A stretch of DNA of 64,000 nt. It comes from Candidatus Tepidifontimicrobium thermophilum. Its GTDB lineage: Bacteria > Sysuimicrobiota > Sysuimicrobiia > Sysuimicrobiales > Sysuimicrobiaceae. Below the pieces are notes generated by a model, which saw only the letters and a list, made by a program, of their open reading frames with translations, was not told where the DNA came from and did not search any database. Positions 54,743 to 63,054 of this stretch are shown piece by piece (within the stretch, counting starts at the first letter, position 1; each line of letters starts with the position of its first letter). Where the stretch lies: the NCBI GenBank assembly GCA_031459915.1, contig JAVKHO010000004.1, forward strand, positions 1-64,000, read 5' to 3'. Position numbers and translations under genes: made by a program.

Positions 54743-54756
54743 GGGAAAAAACCCAG

Positions 54757-54831
54757 TGGTCGGGGCGGCCGGATTCGAACCGGCGACCTTCGGCTCCCAA
54801 AGCCGATGCGCTTCCGCTGCGCCACACCCCG
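54757..54831 (-). tRNA. tRNA-Pro (TGG)
   Basis: CGGGGTG/CGCCCCG acceptor stem, GCGC D-stem, TCGGC-TTTGGGA-GCCGA anticodon arm, GGTTCGAATCC T-arm, encoded ACCA. Confidence 0.97.
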
Positions 54832-54838
54832 CGCCTCC

Positions 54839-54867
54839 ACTGTACGGAGGCGCCCCCGGACCGTCAA
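54839..54867 (-). promoter_or_regulatory. Putative tRNA promoter TTGACG-17-TACAGT
   Basis: -35 at 54867-54862, -10 at 54844-54839. Confidence 0.7.
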
Positions 54868-54916
54868 CCGCAAGGAGAACCCCAGGGCCACCCCGAAGAT
54901 CCCTGTGAGGGACGCG

Positions 54917-56557
54917 GTGGACACACGGTTCGAACGGCTCAGCGACGAGATCCTGACGGCAGCGTTCGACTTCTACCCCACCTGGGCGGCGCGGCTCGGG
55001 CTGCACGCCTACGACGGCCGGCTGGGTTCCTTCAACCTGTCGGCCCTGGACGCACGGCTGCGGACGATCCGGGAACACGAGCGGGCCCTGCGGGAGGCCC
55101 CTAGCGAGGACCTCTCTCCCCGGCAGCGGGTGGACCGTGAACTCCTCCTCGCCTTCCTCGAGCGCGAACGGTTCGACCTGGAGGACCTGCGGAGCTTCCA
55201 GCGCAACCCGCTGGCGTACGCAGACGCCCTGGACGTGACCCTGTACGTGAAGCGAGAGTATGCGCCCCTCGAACAGCGTGCCGCGGCGCTGACGGAGCAC
55301 CTCCGCCAGCTGCCGGCGTTCCTTACCGAGGCGCGCAGGAACCTCGAGCCGCACTGCCCCCGGCCCTTTGTGACCACCGCGCTGGAGATGTTCACGGGGG
55401 GCCTGGACTTCCTCCGGGACCAGCTCCCGACTGCGGTGCGGGAGGTCTCCCCACCGGTCCGGGCGCGGCTGGAGGACGCCTGGAGCGCCGCAGTCAAGGC
55501 GGTGGCCGCGTTCGTGGGATTCCTGCGGGACGAGCTGTTGACGCGCGCCACCGACGAGTTCGCCCTGGGCCCGGACCTGTACCGCCGCATGCTGTGGGCA
55601 GGCGAGCGGATCGATGTGGACCTGGAGTCCCTCCGCAGGCGGGCTGAGGAGGAGCTGGGGCGGCTACAGGGGGAGCTGGAGGAGGCGACCCGTCGCGTGG
55701 ATCCCCACCGGCCGCCCGGGGACGTTGTCCGCAGCCTGTGCCGGGAGCACCCCGCGGAGGGGGAGCTTGTTGGCTGCGTGCAGTCCATCCTCGCGGAGCT
55801 GCGCGAGTTCCTCTACCGCAACCCCGTGGTCACGGTGCCGGAGCCGTCTGACTGCCGCGTGGAACCCACGCCCCCGTTCCTGCGCTGGGCCTTCGCCATG
55901 ATGGACACCGCGGGCCCCTTCGAGGAGCAAGAGGTGGCGTCCTTTTTCTACGTCACGCTGCCAGACCCCGCCTGGTCCCCGGAGGAGAAGGAAGCGTGGC
56001 TGTCCCGCTTCGACGTGCACACCCTCCGGAACACCAGCGTCCACGAGGCGTACCCGGGCCACCACGTGCACTTCCTGCGGCTGCGCCAGGTACCCTCCCG
56101 GGTCGGCAAGGCCCTCACCTCCTACGCCTTCGTGGAGGGGTGGGCCCACTACTGCGAGGAGATGATGCTGGAGTGTGGGTACGGGGAGGGAGATCCCAAG
56201 CTCCGGGTCGCGCAGCTGGTAGACGCCCTGGTCCGCGCGGTGCGTTTCCGGGCCTCCCTGGGGCTCCACACGGAGGGCTGGACCCTCGACCAGTCCGCGC
56301 GCCGGTTCGTGGAGGACGCTTACCTGGAACCCCTGCCGGCCCTGAAGGAGGCTGAACGTGGGACCTTCGACCCCGGGTACCTTTCCTACACCCTCGGTAA
56401 GCAGCTCGTCAAAGAGCTGCGGGCGGAGTGGGAGCGCCGGCTCGGGAACGCCTTCCGGCTGCGGGACTTCCACGACCGGCTGCTGGACCTGGGCGCTCCG
56501 CCCGTGCCTGTTGCCCGTCGGGTGCTGCTGGGTGAAGCCGGGCCGCAGGCGCCCTGA
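54917..56557 (+). CDS. DUF885 family protein (putative metallopeptidase)
   Basis: PTWAARLGLHAYD, HEAYPGHH, FVEGWAHYCE, YTLGK, FHDRLL. Confidence 0.92.
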   Translation: MDTRFERLSDEILTAAFDFYPTWAARLGLHAYDGRLGSFNLSALDARLRTIREHERALREAPSEDLSPRQRVDRELLLAFLERERFDLEDLRSFQRNPLAYADALDVTLYVKREYAPLEQRAAALTEHLRQLPAFLTEARRNLEPHCPRPFVTTALEMFTGGLDFLRDQLPTAVREVSPPVRARLEDAWSAAVKAVAAFVGFLRDELLTRATDEFALGPDLYRRMLWAGERIDVDLESLRRRAEEELGRLQGELEEATRRVDPHRPPGDVVRSLCREHPAEGELVGCVQSILAELREFLYRNPVVTVPEPSDCRVEPTPPFLRWAFAMMDTAGPFEEQEVASFFYVTLPDPAWSPEEKEAWLSRFDVHTLRNTSVHEAYPGHHVHFLRLRQVPSRVGKALTSYAFVEGWAHYCEEMMLECGYGEGDPKLRVAQLVDALVRAVRFRASLGLHTEGWTLDQSARRFVEDAYLEPLPALKEAERGTFDPGYLSYTLGKQLVKELRAEWERRLGNAFRLRDFHDRLLDLGAPPVPVARRVLLGEAGPQAP

Positions 56558-56570
56558 AGGCCTGACCCAG

Positions 56571-57275
56571 CTAGGCCCCGGACCCCTGCCCCTGCTGTTG
56601 CGCCTTTCGGGCCGCGGCCCGGGCCTTCGCTTCCTCGATGAGCCGCTGTCGCTCCGCCGCTTTGGGGTCCGTGGCTGCGGGCGGCTGCCGCGAAGCCGCC
56701 GCAGCGGGTGTGGGTGCCTCCTCCGGAGGTGCGGCCTCGCCCTTGGCCTTCGCCTCCTTGGCCAGCTCGGTGGTGCGCTGCATGGCCGTGCTGTCCCCCA
56801 ACCACTCCAGACGCAGGAACGCCTCCACCCGCCGGCGCGCCTCCTCCAGGGACTGGGGGTTTCCGGCCTGAGCTTCCTCCGCCAGGGTCCGATCCAGGCG
56901 GTAGCTCACCAGGCGCTGGCCGTCCGTGACGTGGACCAGGGGGTGCCCTTTGGAGTCCTGGTAGACCAAAATCCGCGCCTGGATCCCCAGGCGCTGCGCG
57001 ATGGGAGCTACCTCCTCGTACACCCACTGAAGGAAGGGCGGCAGCTGGCGGTTCGCCCCAGGGTCCAGTGTGGCCGCCACGCTGCGGCCCGTCAGCGGGT
57101 CCTCAAAGCGCGGTCTGTGCCGCGCCCGGCGCTGCTCGGCCTTCCGGAGCTGCTCCGCGATCTCCTCACGCACGTCCAGGGCCGCCACCAGGAAGGAGGC
57201 CGCGTAGATGAGGAACACTGCGAAGGTCAGCGCCCAGTACGTCCAGAAGGGGTTGTTGAAGAACACGTTGGACAC
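56571..57275 (-). CDS. Hypothetical membrane-anchored protein with an Ala/Pro/Lys-rich tail
   Basis: GGAGGG RBS, single N-terminal TM, fills the gap downstream of rdgB. Confidence 0.75.
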   Translation of the reverse strand: MSNVFFNNPFWTYWALTFAVFLIYAASFLVAALDVREEIAEQLRKAEQRRARHRPRFEDPLTGRSVAATLDPGANRQLPPFLQWVYEEVAPIAQRLGIQARILVYQDSKGHPLVHVTDGQRLVSYRLDRTLAEEAQAGNPQSLEEARRRVEAFLRLEWLGDSTAMQRTTELAKEAKAKGEAAPPEEAPTPAAAASRQPPAATDPKAAERQRLIEEAKARAAARKAQQQGQGSGA

Positions 57276-57317
57276 GGCAACCCTCCCGACCGTCCTGGTG
57301 TCAGTGTACCAGCGGCT

Positions 57318-57929
57318 TCAAGGGTCGCGCTGCTCCCGCACCAGGGTCAGGAGGAACTCCCGCGCCTTGCGCACGGCCTGGCCGCGGTGGCTGATGAGGT
57401 CCTTCTCCTGCGGGTTGAGCTCCGCCACGGTCCGATCCAGCTCCGGGAGGTAAAAGATAGGGTCGTACCCGAATCCCCCGGTGCCGCGGGGCTCCAGCGC
57501 GATGGCTCCCTCGCAGGTCCCCTCGAACGTGTGCACACGGCCGTCCGGGAAGGCCACCGCCACCACGGCCCGGTACCTCGCGGTGCGGTTCTCAGGTGGC
57601 ACCCCTTCCAGGCGTCGGAGGATCTCCCGGTTCCGGTCCTCGTCCGTGGCGTCGTCTCCCAGGAACCGGGCGGACCGCGCGCCCGGCTGGCCCTCCAGGT
57701 AGTCCACCTCCAGGCCCGAGTCGTCCGCCAGGGCGACCTCGTTGAGCCAGCGGGCCACCGCCAGGGCCTTGGAGCGGGCGTTGGCCTCGTAGGTCCCCCC
57801 CTCCTCCGGCAGCGGGGGGACTTGCGGGTAGTCGCGGAGGGTCCGGACCTCCAGGGGCAGGTCGGCCAGCATGCGCTGCAGCTCCGCGCTCTTGGCCTCG
57901 TTGCGGGTGGCGAGGACGATGCGCTTCAC
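57318..57929 (-). CDS. rdgB: Non-canonical purine NTP pyrophosphatase (RdgB/HAM1)
   Basis: [27 protein letters not shown]. Confidence 0.95.
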   Translation of the reverse strand: MKRIVLATRNEAKSAELQRMLADLPLEVRTLRDYPQVPPLPEEGGTYEANARSKALAVARWLNEVALADDSGLEVDYLEGQPGARSARFLGDDATDEDRNREILRRLEGVPPENRTARYRAVVAVAFPDGRVHTFEGTCEGAIALEPRGTGGFGYDPIFYLPELDRTVAELNPQEKDLISHRGQAVRKAREFLLTLVREQRDP

Positions 57930-58648
57930 GAGCCCTGCAGGGTCCGCTTCTGGAGCTCGATGAGCTGTCGGATGCCCGCCTCGCCCAGGGCCAGGAGCTG
58001 CCGGAGTTCCTCGCGGGTGAAAGGGCGCCCCTCCGCGGTCCCCTGGACTTCCACCAGCTCGCCCGCGTCCGTCATCACGAGGTTCATGTCCACGTCGGCG
58101 CGGGCGTCCTCCTCGTAGGCGAGGTCCAGCATGGGCACCCCGCCCACGATCCCCACGCTGGTGGCGGCCACGAAGTTGCGCACGGGCCACCCCGAGAGCG
58201 CCTGGGTCCTGTGCAGCAGGCTCAGCGCGTCCACCAGGGCCACGAAGGCACCGGTCACCGCCGCGGTGCGGGTTCCCCCGTCCGCCTGCAGGACGTCGCA
58301 GTCCAGCCACACGGTGCGCTCGCCCAGCTTCTTCAGGTCCACCGCGGCCCGCAGGGATCTCCCGATGAGCCGCTGGATCTCCGCGGCCCGGCCGCCCGGT
58401 TTGCCGGTGGGGTCCCTGGGGATGCGTTCGCGGGAGGACCGGGGCAGCATCCCGTACTCAGCGGTGATCCAGCCCTGGCCCGAGCCCCGCAGCCAGGCGG
58501 GCACCCGCTCTTCGATGGTGGCCGCGCACACCACCCGGGTGTCCCCGAGCTCGATGAGCACCGACCCCTCCGCGTACTTCAGGTAGCCCCGCACCATCCG
58601 GCACGGCCGCAGCTCGTCCGGCGCACGACCGTCGGCCCGTCGGACCAA
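57926..58648 (-). CDS. rph: Ribonuclease PH
   Basis: RADGR…[46 protein letters not shown]. Confidence 0.97.
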   Translation of the reverse strand: MVRRADGRAPDELRPCRMVRGYLKYAEGSVLIELGDTRVVCAATIEERVPAWLRGSGQGWITAEYGMLPRSSRERIPRDPTGKPGGRAAEIQRLIGRSLRAAVDLKKLGERTVWLDCDVLQADGGTRTAAVTGAFVALVDALSLLHRTQALSGWPVRNFVAATSVGIVGGVPMLDLAYEEDARADVDMNLVMTDAGELVEVQGTAEGRPFTREELRQLLALGEAGIRQLIELQKRTLQGS

Positions 58649-58655
58649 GCCTCTT

Positions 58656-59405
58656 TCAGACCTCGTAGGCTCCTCCCTCCTCCACGGCCCCCACCGGACC
58701 GCCGAACGCCTTCTGCGCGGCCGCCACGGACTCCTGGGGGTCGGTGGTGGGGAAGAAGTGGGTGAGCAACAGCCGCCGGACCCCCGCCTCCTGGGCCAGG
58801 GCTCCAGCCAGGGAGCCCGTCAGGTGGCCCGCGGCGTCCGCGCGGTCCCGGTACGCCTCGGACAGCGTGGCCTCGGCCAGCAACACGTCGGCCCCCCGGC
58901 TCAGCTCGCGCACCGCGTCTGAGGGCGCGGTGTCCGCGGTGTACACCAGCACGGCACCCTGCGACTCCAGCCGCACCGCGTAGGTCTCCACGGGGTGCCG
59001 GGTCCTGCGAAACCGCACCCGCAGCCCGTCCAGCTCCACGGGCTCGGCCTCCGCGATGGCGTAGAAGTCGAACTCCTCGAGGACCGGCTCGCCCACCACG
59101 TGCGCGAGGTACTCCGCGGCCTGCGCGGGACCCAGCACCGCCAGGCGGCCGGCCCAGCTGGCCGGCCGCCGGCCCCACCGGAGGGCCACCCGCAGGGCCG
59201 GGAGGTCCGCCACGTGGTCCGGGTGCAGGTGCGACACCACCACAGCGTCCAGGTCGTACGGGCTCACCCGGAGGAGCAGCCGGGACAGCGCGCCGTGCCC
59301 CAGGTCCAGGAGCACGCGCCGGCCTGCGGCCTCCACCAGGTAGCCCGAGCATGCCTCCCCCGGCCGTGGGTAGCCTCCGCATCGCCCCAGCACCCAGACC
59401 CGCAT
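58656..59405 (-). CDS. MBL-fold hydrolase (RNase Z/YhfI-like)
   Basis: GGYP…ACSGYL, SHLHPDH, YTADT, HLT, LTHF; usual neighbour of rph. Confidence 0.9.
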   Translation of the reverse strand: MRVWVLGRCGGYPRPGEACSGYLVEAAGRRVLLDLGHGALSRLLLRVSPYDLDAVVVSHLHPDHVADLPALRVALRWGRRPASWAGRLAVLGPAQAAEYLAHVVGEPVLEEFDFYAIAEAEPVELDGLRVRFRRTRHPVETYAVRLESQGAVLVYTADTAPSDAVRELSRGADVLLAEATLSEAYRDRADAAGHLTGSLAGALAQEAGVRRLLLTHFFPTTDPQESVAAAQKAFGGPVGAVEEGGAYEV

Positions 59406-59424
59406 GGACACCTCCTCCAAGCCG

Positions 59425-61209
59425 CTAGGGTTGCAGCGCGGGGACGTGGCGGATGAAGCGCACCACGCCCCGCGCGATGGCCTCTGCGACCCGCTGGCGG
59501 AAGGCCGCGGTGCGCAGCAGGGCCTCGTCCTCCAGATTGGTAAGGTAACCCACCTCCACCAGCACCGCGGGTATGGGGCTGTCGCGCAGGACCTTGAAGT
59601 TGGCGGTTCGGATCCCACGGTCCGGGATCCCCAACCGGCCCAGCTCCTCCTGGATCCACGTGGCCAGCTGCACGCTGTTCGGTTTCAGGTAGTACGTCTC
59701 CAAGCCTCGGATCACTCCGCGGGTGGTGGCGTTCGCGTGCACGCTGACGAACACGGTCGCCCCCGCCCGCAGGGCGATGGGGACTCGGTCCGCGAGGTCC
59801 ACGAACACGTCCGCCTCGCGGGTCATGACCGTACGGACACCCTGGCCCCGCAGGACGTCCCGCAGCCGCAGCCCGATGTCCAGCACCACGTCCTTCTCCA
59901 CCAGGCCTGTGGCCCCGATGGCGCCGGGGTCCTTGCCTCCGTGGCCGGGGTCAATCGCCACCACGTGGCCGGTCCGTGGCGGGGGTGCCGGCAGTTCGTC
60001 CACCACGACCACCAGCCGACTCCCCCCGTCTTCCAGTTGCACCTCGTAGCGGGTCCTGGCCTGCCACTGCACCACCACCCGAGCGACGTCCGGGTCCGTC
60101 TGGAACTGCGCCGCCCGCACCACTTCCACGGGGCCTCCCACCGCGAGCTCCTGCTTCACGGGCACGAAGACCCCGGGGATGTCGAGGACCAACCGGTCCG
60201 GGTCCGGTAGCTCCTTGACCTGGAATTCCAGCGGACGGTCGGCCTGCACCACGACCCGCACGCGGCCAACCTGCCGCTCCAGGCTCAGTCCCAGGATACG
60301 GGGTACGTCGGGTCCAGCGGGCGGTGCGGGTGAGCTGACGGGCGGGACGGTCTGGGGATCAGGGGAGGTGGCGGCCGGGTCCGGACTCGCGGCCGGAGGC
60401 GAAAAGGCAGGAGGAGACGCCGGCGGTCCGGTGGCCGCAGCCGACGGTGCCCTCGGGAGCAACCGCAACACCACCTCGGGCGGCCCTGAGACCACTTCCA
60501 CGTCCAGCGGCGCGTCCAGGTCCAGGACCACCCGGGTCACGTACGGCTTGACCTGGAACTGCGCCACCCGCACGCGCCGCACGCCGAACTCCCCGAGGCT
60601 CACCTCGCGGGTCTCGATGCGGGAAGCCGCGTTCACGAGGTCCACCACGAGGCGGTCCGGCTGGGACAGCACCGCCGTGCGGACTTCCACCGGCCCCGTG
60701 GCTTCCACCTGTAACCGCAGGCCGCCCGGTGCCCGATCCAGCACCAGCCGGAGCACCTGACTGACCACGTGCAGGGTCCCCTCTGTGGGCTCCCACTTCA
60801 CCCACGCGCCCAGGGCCCGGAACAGGAACTCCGCGGGGACCAGCAGCTTGCCGCCTGCAAGCTCAGGGGCCACAGGCAACACGCGGGGCTCGCCGTCCAC
60901 CAGCGCCACGCGGTCGCCCGCCCGGAACACAAGCCGTGTGCCCCGAGGGCCGACCACCTGCGCCGTCCGGGTTAGGGGATCCCACCGGCTGCTCGCGCCG
61001 TAGGGCTCCACCAGCCCCTCCAGCGGGGCCAGCAACACGCCGGCCCGGAACACGGGCGGGGGGTCCAGGCTCGGGGTGCGGCCGTTCACCACCACCGCGG
61101 GCGACGCGGGCTGCGCCCCCGCGGGCAGGCTCAGGCACAGGACCACCAGACCGACCCACAAGGCTGGCCGGCTTGAGGGTCGGCCGGGTCGGGCTGTCTG
61201 TCGGGCCAT
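59425..61209 (-). CDS. N-acetylmuramoyl-L-alanine amidase (stalk domain, two AMIN domains, Amidase_3)
   Basis: IDPGHGGKDPGA, EKD, SVHAN, LVEVGY; two PDRLV…RxAQF…RVV AMIN repeats joined by a Pro-rich linker. Confidence 0.93.
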   Translation of the reverse strand: MARQTARPGRPSSRPALWVGLVVLCLSLPAGAQPASPAVVVNGRTPSLDPPPVFRAGVLLAPLEGLVEPYGASSRWDPLTRTAQVVGPRGTRLVFRAGDRVALVDGEPRVLPVAPELAGGKLLVPAEFLFRALGAWVKWEPTEGTLHVVSQVLRLVLDRAPGGLRLQVEATGPVEVRTAVLSQPDRLVVDLVNAASRIETREVSLGEFGVRRVRVAQFQVKPYVTRVVLDLDAPLDVEVVSGPPEVVLRLLPRAPSAAATGPPASPPAFSPPAASPDPAATSPDPQTVPPVSSPAPPAGPDVPRILGLSLERQVGRVRVVVQADRPLEFQVKELPDPDRLVLDIPGVFVPVKQELAVGGPVEVVRAAQFQTDPDVARVVVQWQARTRYEVQLEDGGSRLVVVVDELPAPPPRTGHVVAIDPGHGGKDPGAIGATGLVEKDVVLDIGLRLRDVLRGQGVRTVMTREADVFVDLADRVPIALRAGATVFVSVHANATTRGVIRGLETYYLKPNSVQLATWIQEELGRLGIPDRGIRTANFKVLRDSPIPAVLVEVGYLTNLEDEALLRTAAFRQRVAEAIARGVVRFIRHVPALQP

Positions 61210-61306
61210 GGCTGCGTCCGCGCTCCCTCGCGTGCCCTCCGCGGGCAAGGCTCCGTCCGATCTCCGTGGGCCCGGCTCAGTGTTCGAGCTCGCGGTCTGT
61301 GTTCCC

Positions 61307-61336
61307 TGCCCCGGGCTCCCGACGGAGCCCGGGGCA
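61307..61336. terminator. 13-bp hairpin downstream of the ferritin-like gene
   Basis: tgccccgggctcc-cgac-ggagcccggggca; no clear U-tract. Confidence 0.5.
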
Positions 61337-61356
61337 ATCGCCGTGCCAGAAGCCCC

Positions 61357-61851
61357 TCAGCCTCTCCTGTGGCGACGACCCAGGAGATTCTCCAGGAACT
61401 CCTCGTGCCGCACCTCGTCCGCCAGCAGCTCCGTGGCCAGCTGGTAGGTCACGGGGTCTTTGCCGAAGGTGAGCTTGGCCAATCGGTTGTACGCCTCGAT
61501 GGCGTTGCGCTCCGCCCGGATCTGGTCCTCCACCATTCCGTCCGCGTCACTCCAGTCCGCCCGCGGGGCGGTCCACGGCCCGTTGGCACCGGCTTCCCAG
61601 TCCCTGGGGTGCACCACCGGGTCCCCTCCCAGCTCCACGATGCGGCGGGCCAGCTTGCCCGCGTGCCCCAGCTCCTCCTTGGCCTCCTCCTCGAAGTGCT
61701 CCACCAGCTCCTCCCCGTGCCAGCCCTCCGCCACCTGGGCGGTGATCCAGTAGGAGTAGAAGGCGAGCAGCTCGTCCAGGTAGGCCTTCCGCAGCTCGCC
61801 CACCAGCTCGTCCACGTTCAGGTCCACGATGCTCCTGCCCTTCTCACCCAT
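61357..61851 (-). CDS. Ferritin-like protein (DPS-like/DpsL, bacterioferritin-related)
   Basis: DELLAFYSYW, EELGH, AERNAI, DEVRHE di-iron ligands. Confidence 0.88.
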   Translation of the reverse strand: MGEKGRSIVDLNVDELVGELRKAYLDELLAFYSYWITAQVAEGWHGEELVEHFEEEAKEELGHAGKLARRIVELGGDPVVHPRDWEAGANGPWTAPRADWSDADGMVEDQIRAERNAIEAYNRLAKLTFGKDPVTYQLATELLADEVRHEEFLENLLGRRHRRG

Positions 61852-62326
61852 GTCGCCTCCTCCCTTCGTGGGGTTTCGAGTCCGTCCGCCCGCGTCGCCC
61901 GTCCCCGGTCCCGCACCGTGCGCAGGTACCCTGCACCACGACACCCCGGTCCGCGCGGAACCTCCTCCGCCTCGCCACCCGACTTACGGAGGCGAGGAGC
62001 TGGGGGTCCTGGACGTCCTCGATCCGACCGCAACGCACGCACTCCAGATTGACGTGCGGCGCGCCCGGGTCGAACCGGGTGACTCCGTCCGCCGCCGGCA
62101 GGGGTGTGACGAGCCCGACGCGGGCCAAAATGTCCAGGGTCTTGTACACGGTGGCACGGCTGACCATGGGATGGCTGGCCCGTACCCGGCGGTAGAGCCG
62201 GTCCGCGGTGGGGTGATCCCCGACCTCGCAAAGGGCCGCCCACACGGTCCAGCGCTGCGGGGTGAGGCGGTACCCGGCCCGGGCCAGGCGGCGTCGCAGG
62301 TCAGCGAACCCGATTTGGAGATTCAT
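61844..62326 (-). CDS. Fur/PerR family transcriptional regulator
   Basis: RLTPQR, HPTAD, SRATVYKTL, CVRC…CARC. Confidence 0.92.
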   Translation of the reverse strand: MNLQIGFADLRRRLARAGYRLTPQRWTVWAALCEVGDHPTADRLYRRVRASHPMVSRATVYKTLDILARVGLVTPLPAADGVTRFDPGAPHVNLECVRCGRIEDVQDPQLLASVSRVARRRRFRADRGVVVQGTCARCGTGDGRRGRTDSKPHEGRRRHG

Positions 62327-62331
62327 TCTCA
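62317..62331. promoter_or_regulatory. Fur-box-like 7-1-7 element (TGAGAATGAATCTCC on minus) over the fur start codon
   Basis: Resembles TGAGAATnATTCTCA with two mismatches; lies in an AT-rich divergent region. Confidence 0.45.
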
Positions 62332-62354
62332 GGTAGTATCTTATATAGAGCCTC

Positions 62355-63029
62355 GTGGGTGCAACCAGGCGTCGGCGGACCCCACCCCTGGAACGGCTGA
62401 CGCCCCGGGAGCGGGCGGTGGTGCGGTCGTGCGCCACGCCGGAGCGGGTCCAGCGGTGGCTCCGCCAGCTGCCGTACAACTGGGAGACCCGGCGCCCGAC
62501 CCTGCGGTCGTTCCGGGGCGTGGTTCGCGTGGGGCAGGCCCACTGCCTGGAGGCGGTACTGGCCGCGGCGGCGGTGCTGGACCACCACGGGTACCCTCCC
62601 TGGGTCCTGGACCTGGAGTCGGAGGACGGACTGGACCACGTGGTGTTCGTGTTCCGGAAGGACGGGCGCTGGGGCGCGGTGGCCAAGTCCCGGGACGCGG
62701 GGCTGCACGGGCGCCGGCCGGTGTTCCGTACCCTCCGGGACCTGGTCTACAGCTACGTGGATCCCTACGTGGACGGCTCCGGCCGCATCGTGGGCTACGG
62801 GCTCGCGGACCTAGACGAACTGGTGCGGGTAGACTGGCGGCTTTCGGAGGACGACGTCTGGGAGGTGGAGCGGGCACTGTTGCGCATGCCCCACAAGCGG
62901 CTGCACACCTCCGACCGGCGACACCGGGAGGTGCTGCAGCGCTACCTCCGTTGGAAAGAGCGTGGCGGACCGCTGGACCGCCGGGCCCTCCGTGAGCTGT
63001 ACGGGCAGGCGGTGGACGCCTGGTGGTGA
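62355..63029 (+). CDS. Vasohibin-like (transglutaminase-fold) cysteine hydrolase
   Basis: LPYN, HCLEAV, DHVVFVFRKDGRWGAVAKSR, PVFRTLRDLV. Confidence 0.75.
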   Translation: MGATRRRRTPPLERLTPRERAVVRSCATPERVQRWLRQLPYNWETRRPTLRSFRGVVRVGQAHCLEAVLAAAAVLDHHGYPPWVLDLESEDGLDHVVFVFRKDGRWGAVAKSRDAGLHGRRPVFRTLRDLVYSYVDPYVDGSGRIVGYGLADLDELVRVDWRLSEDDVWEVERALLRMPHKRLHTSDRRHREVLQRYLRWKERGGPLDRRALRELYGQAVDAWW

Positions 63030-63054
63030 GCCGATCCGGGTGCCGCCTAGCTAG

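Noticed and set aside
54757..54831. tRNA-Pro as the integration site of the downstream catabolic region
   Set aside because: No integrase and no duplicated tRNA 3' end seen in the window, and composition looks similar on both sides; a distal att site outside the window cannot be excluded.
59425..61209. Link between the amidase's copper-amine-oxidase N-terminal-type (stalk) domain and the CAO-like gene at 63055
   Set aside because: That stalk domain is common in cell-envelope amidases and implies no functional link.
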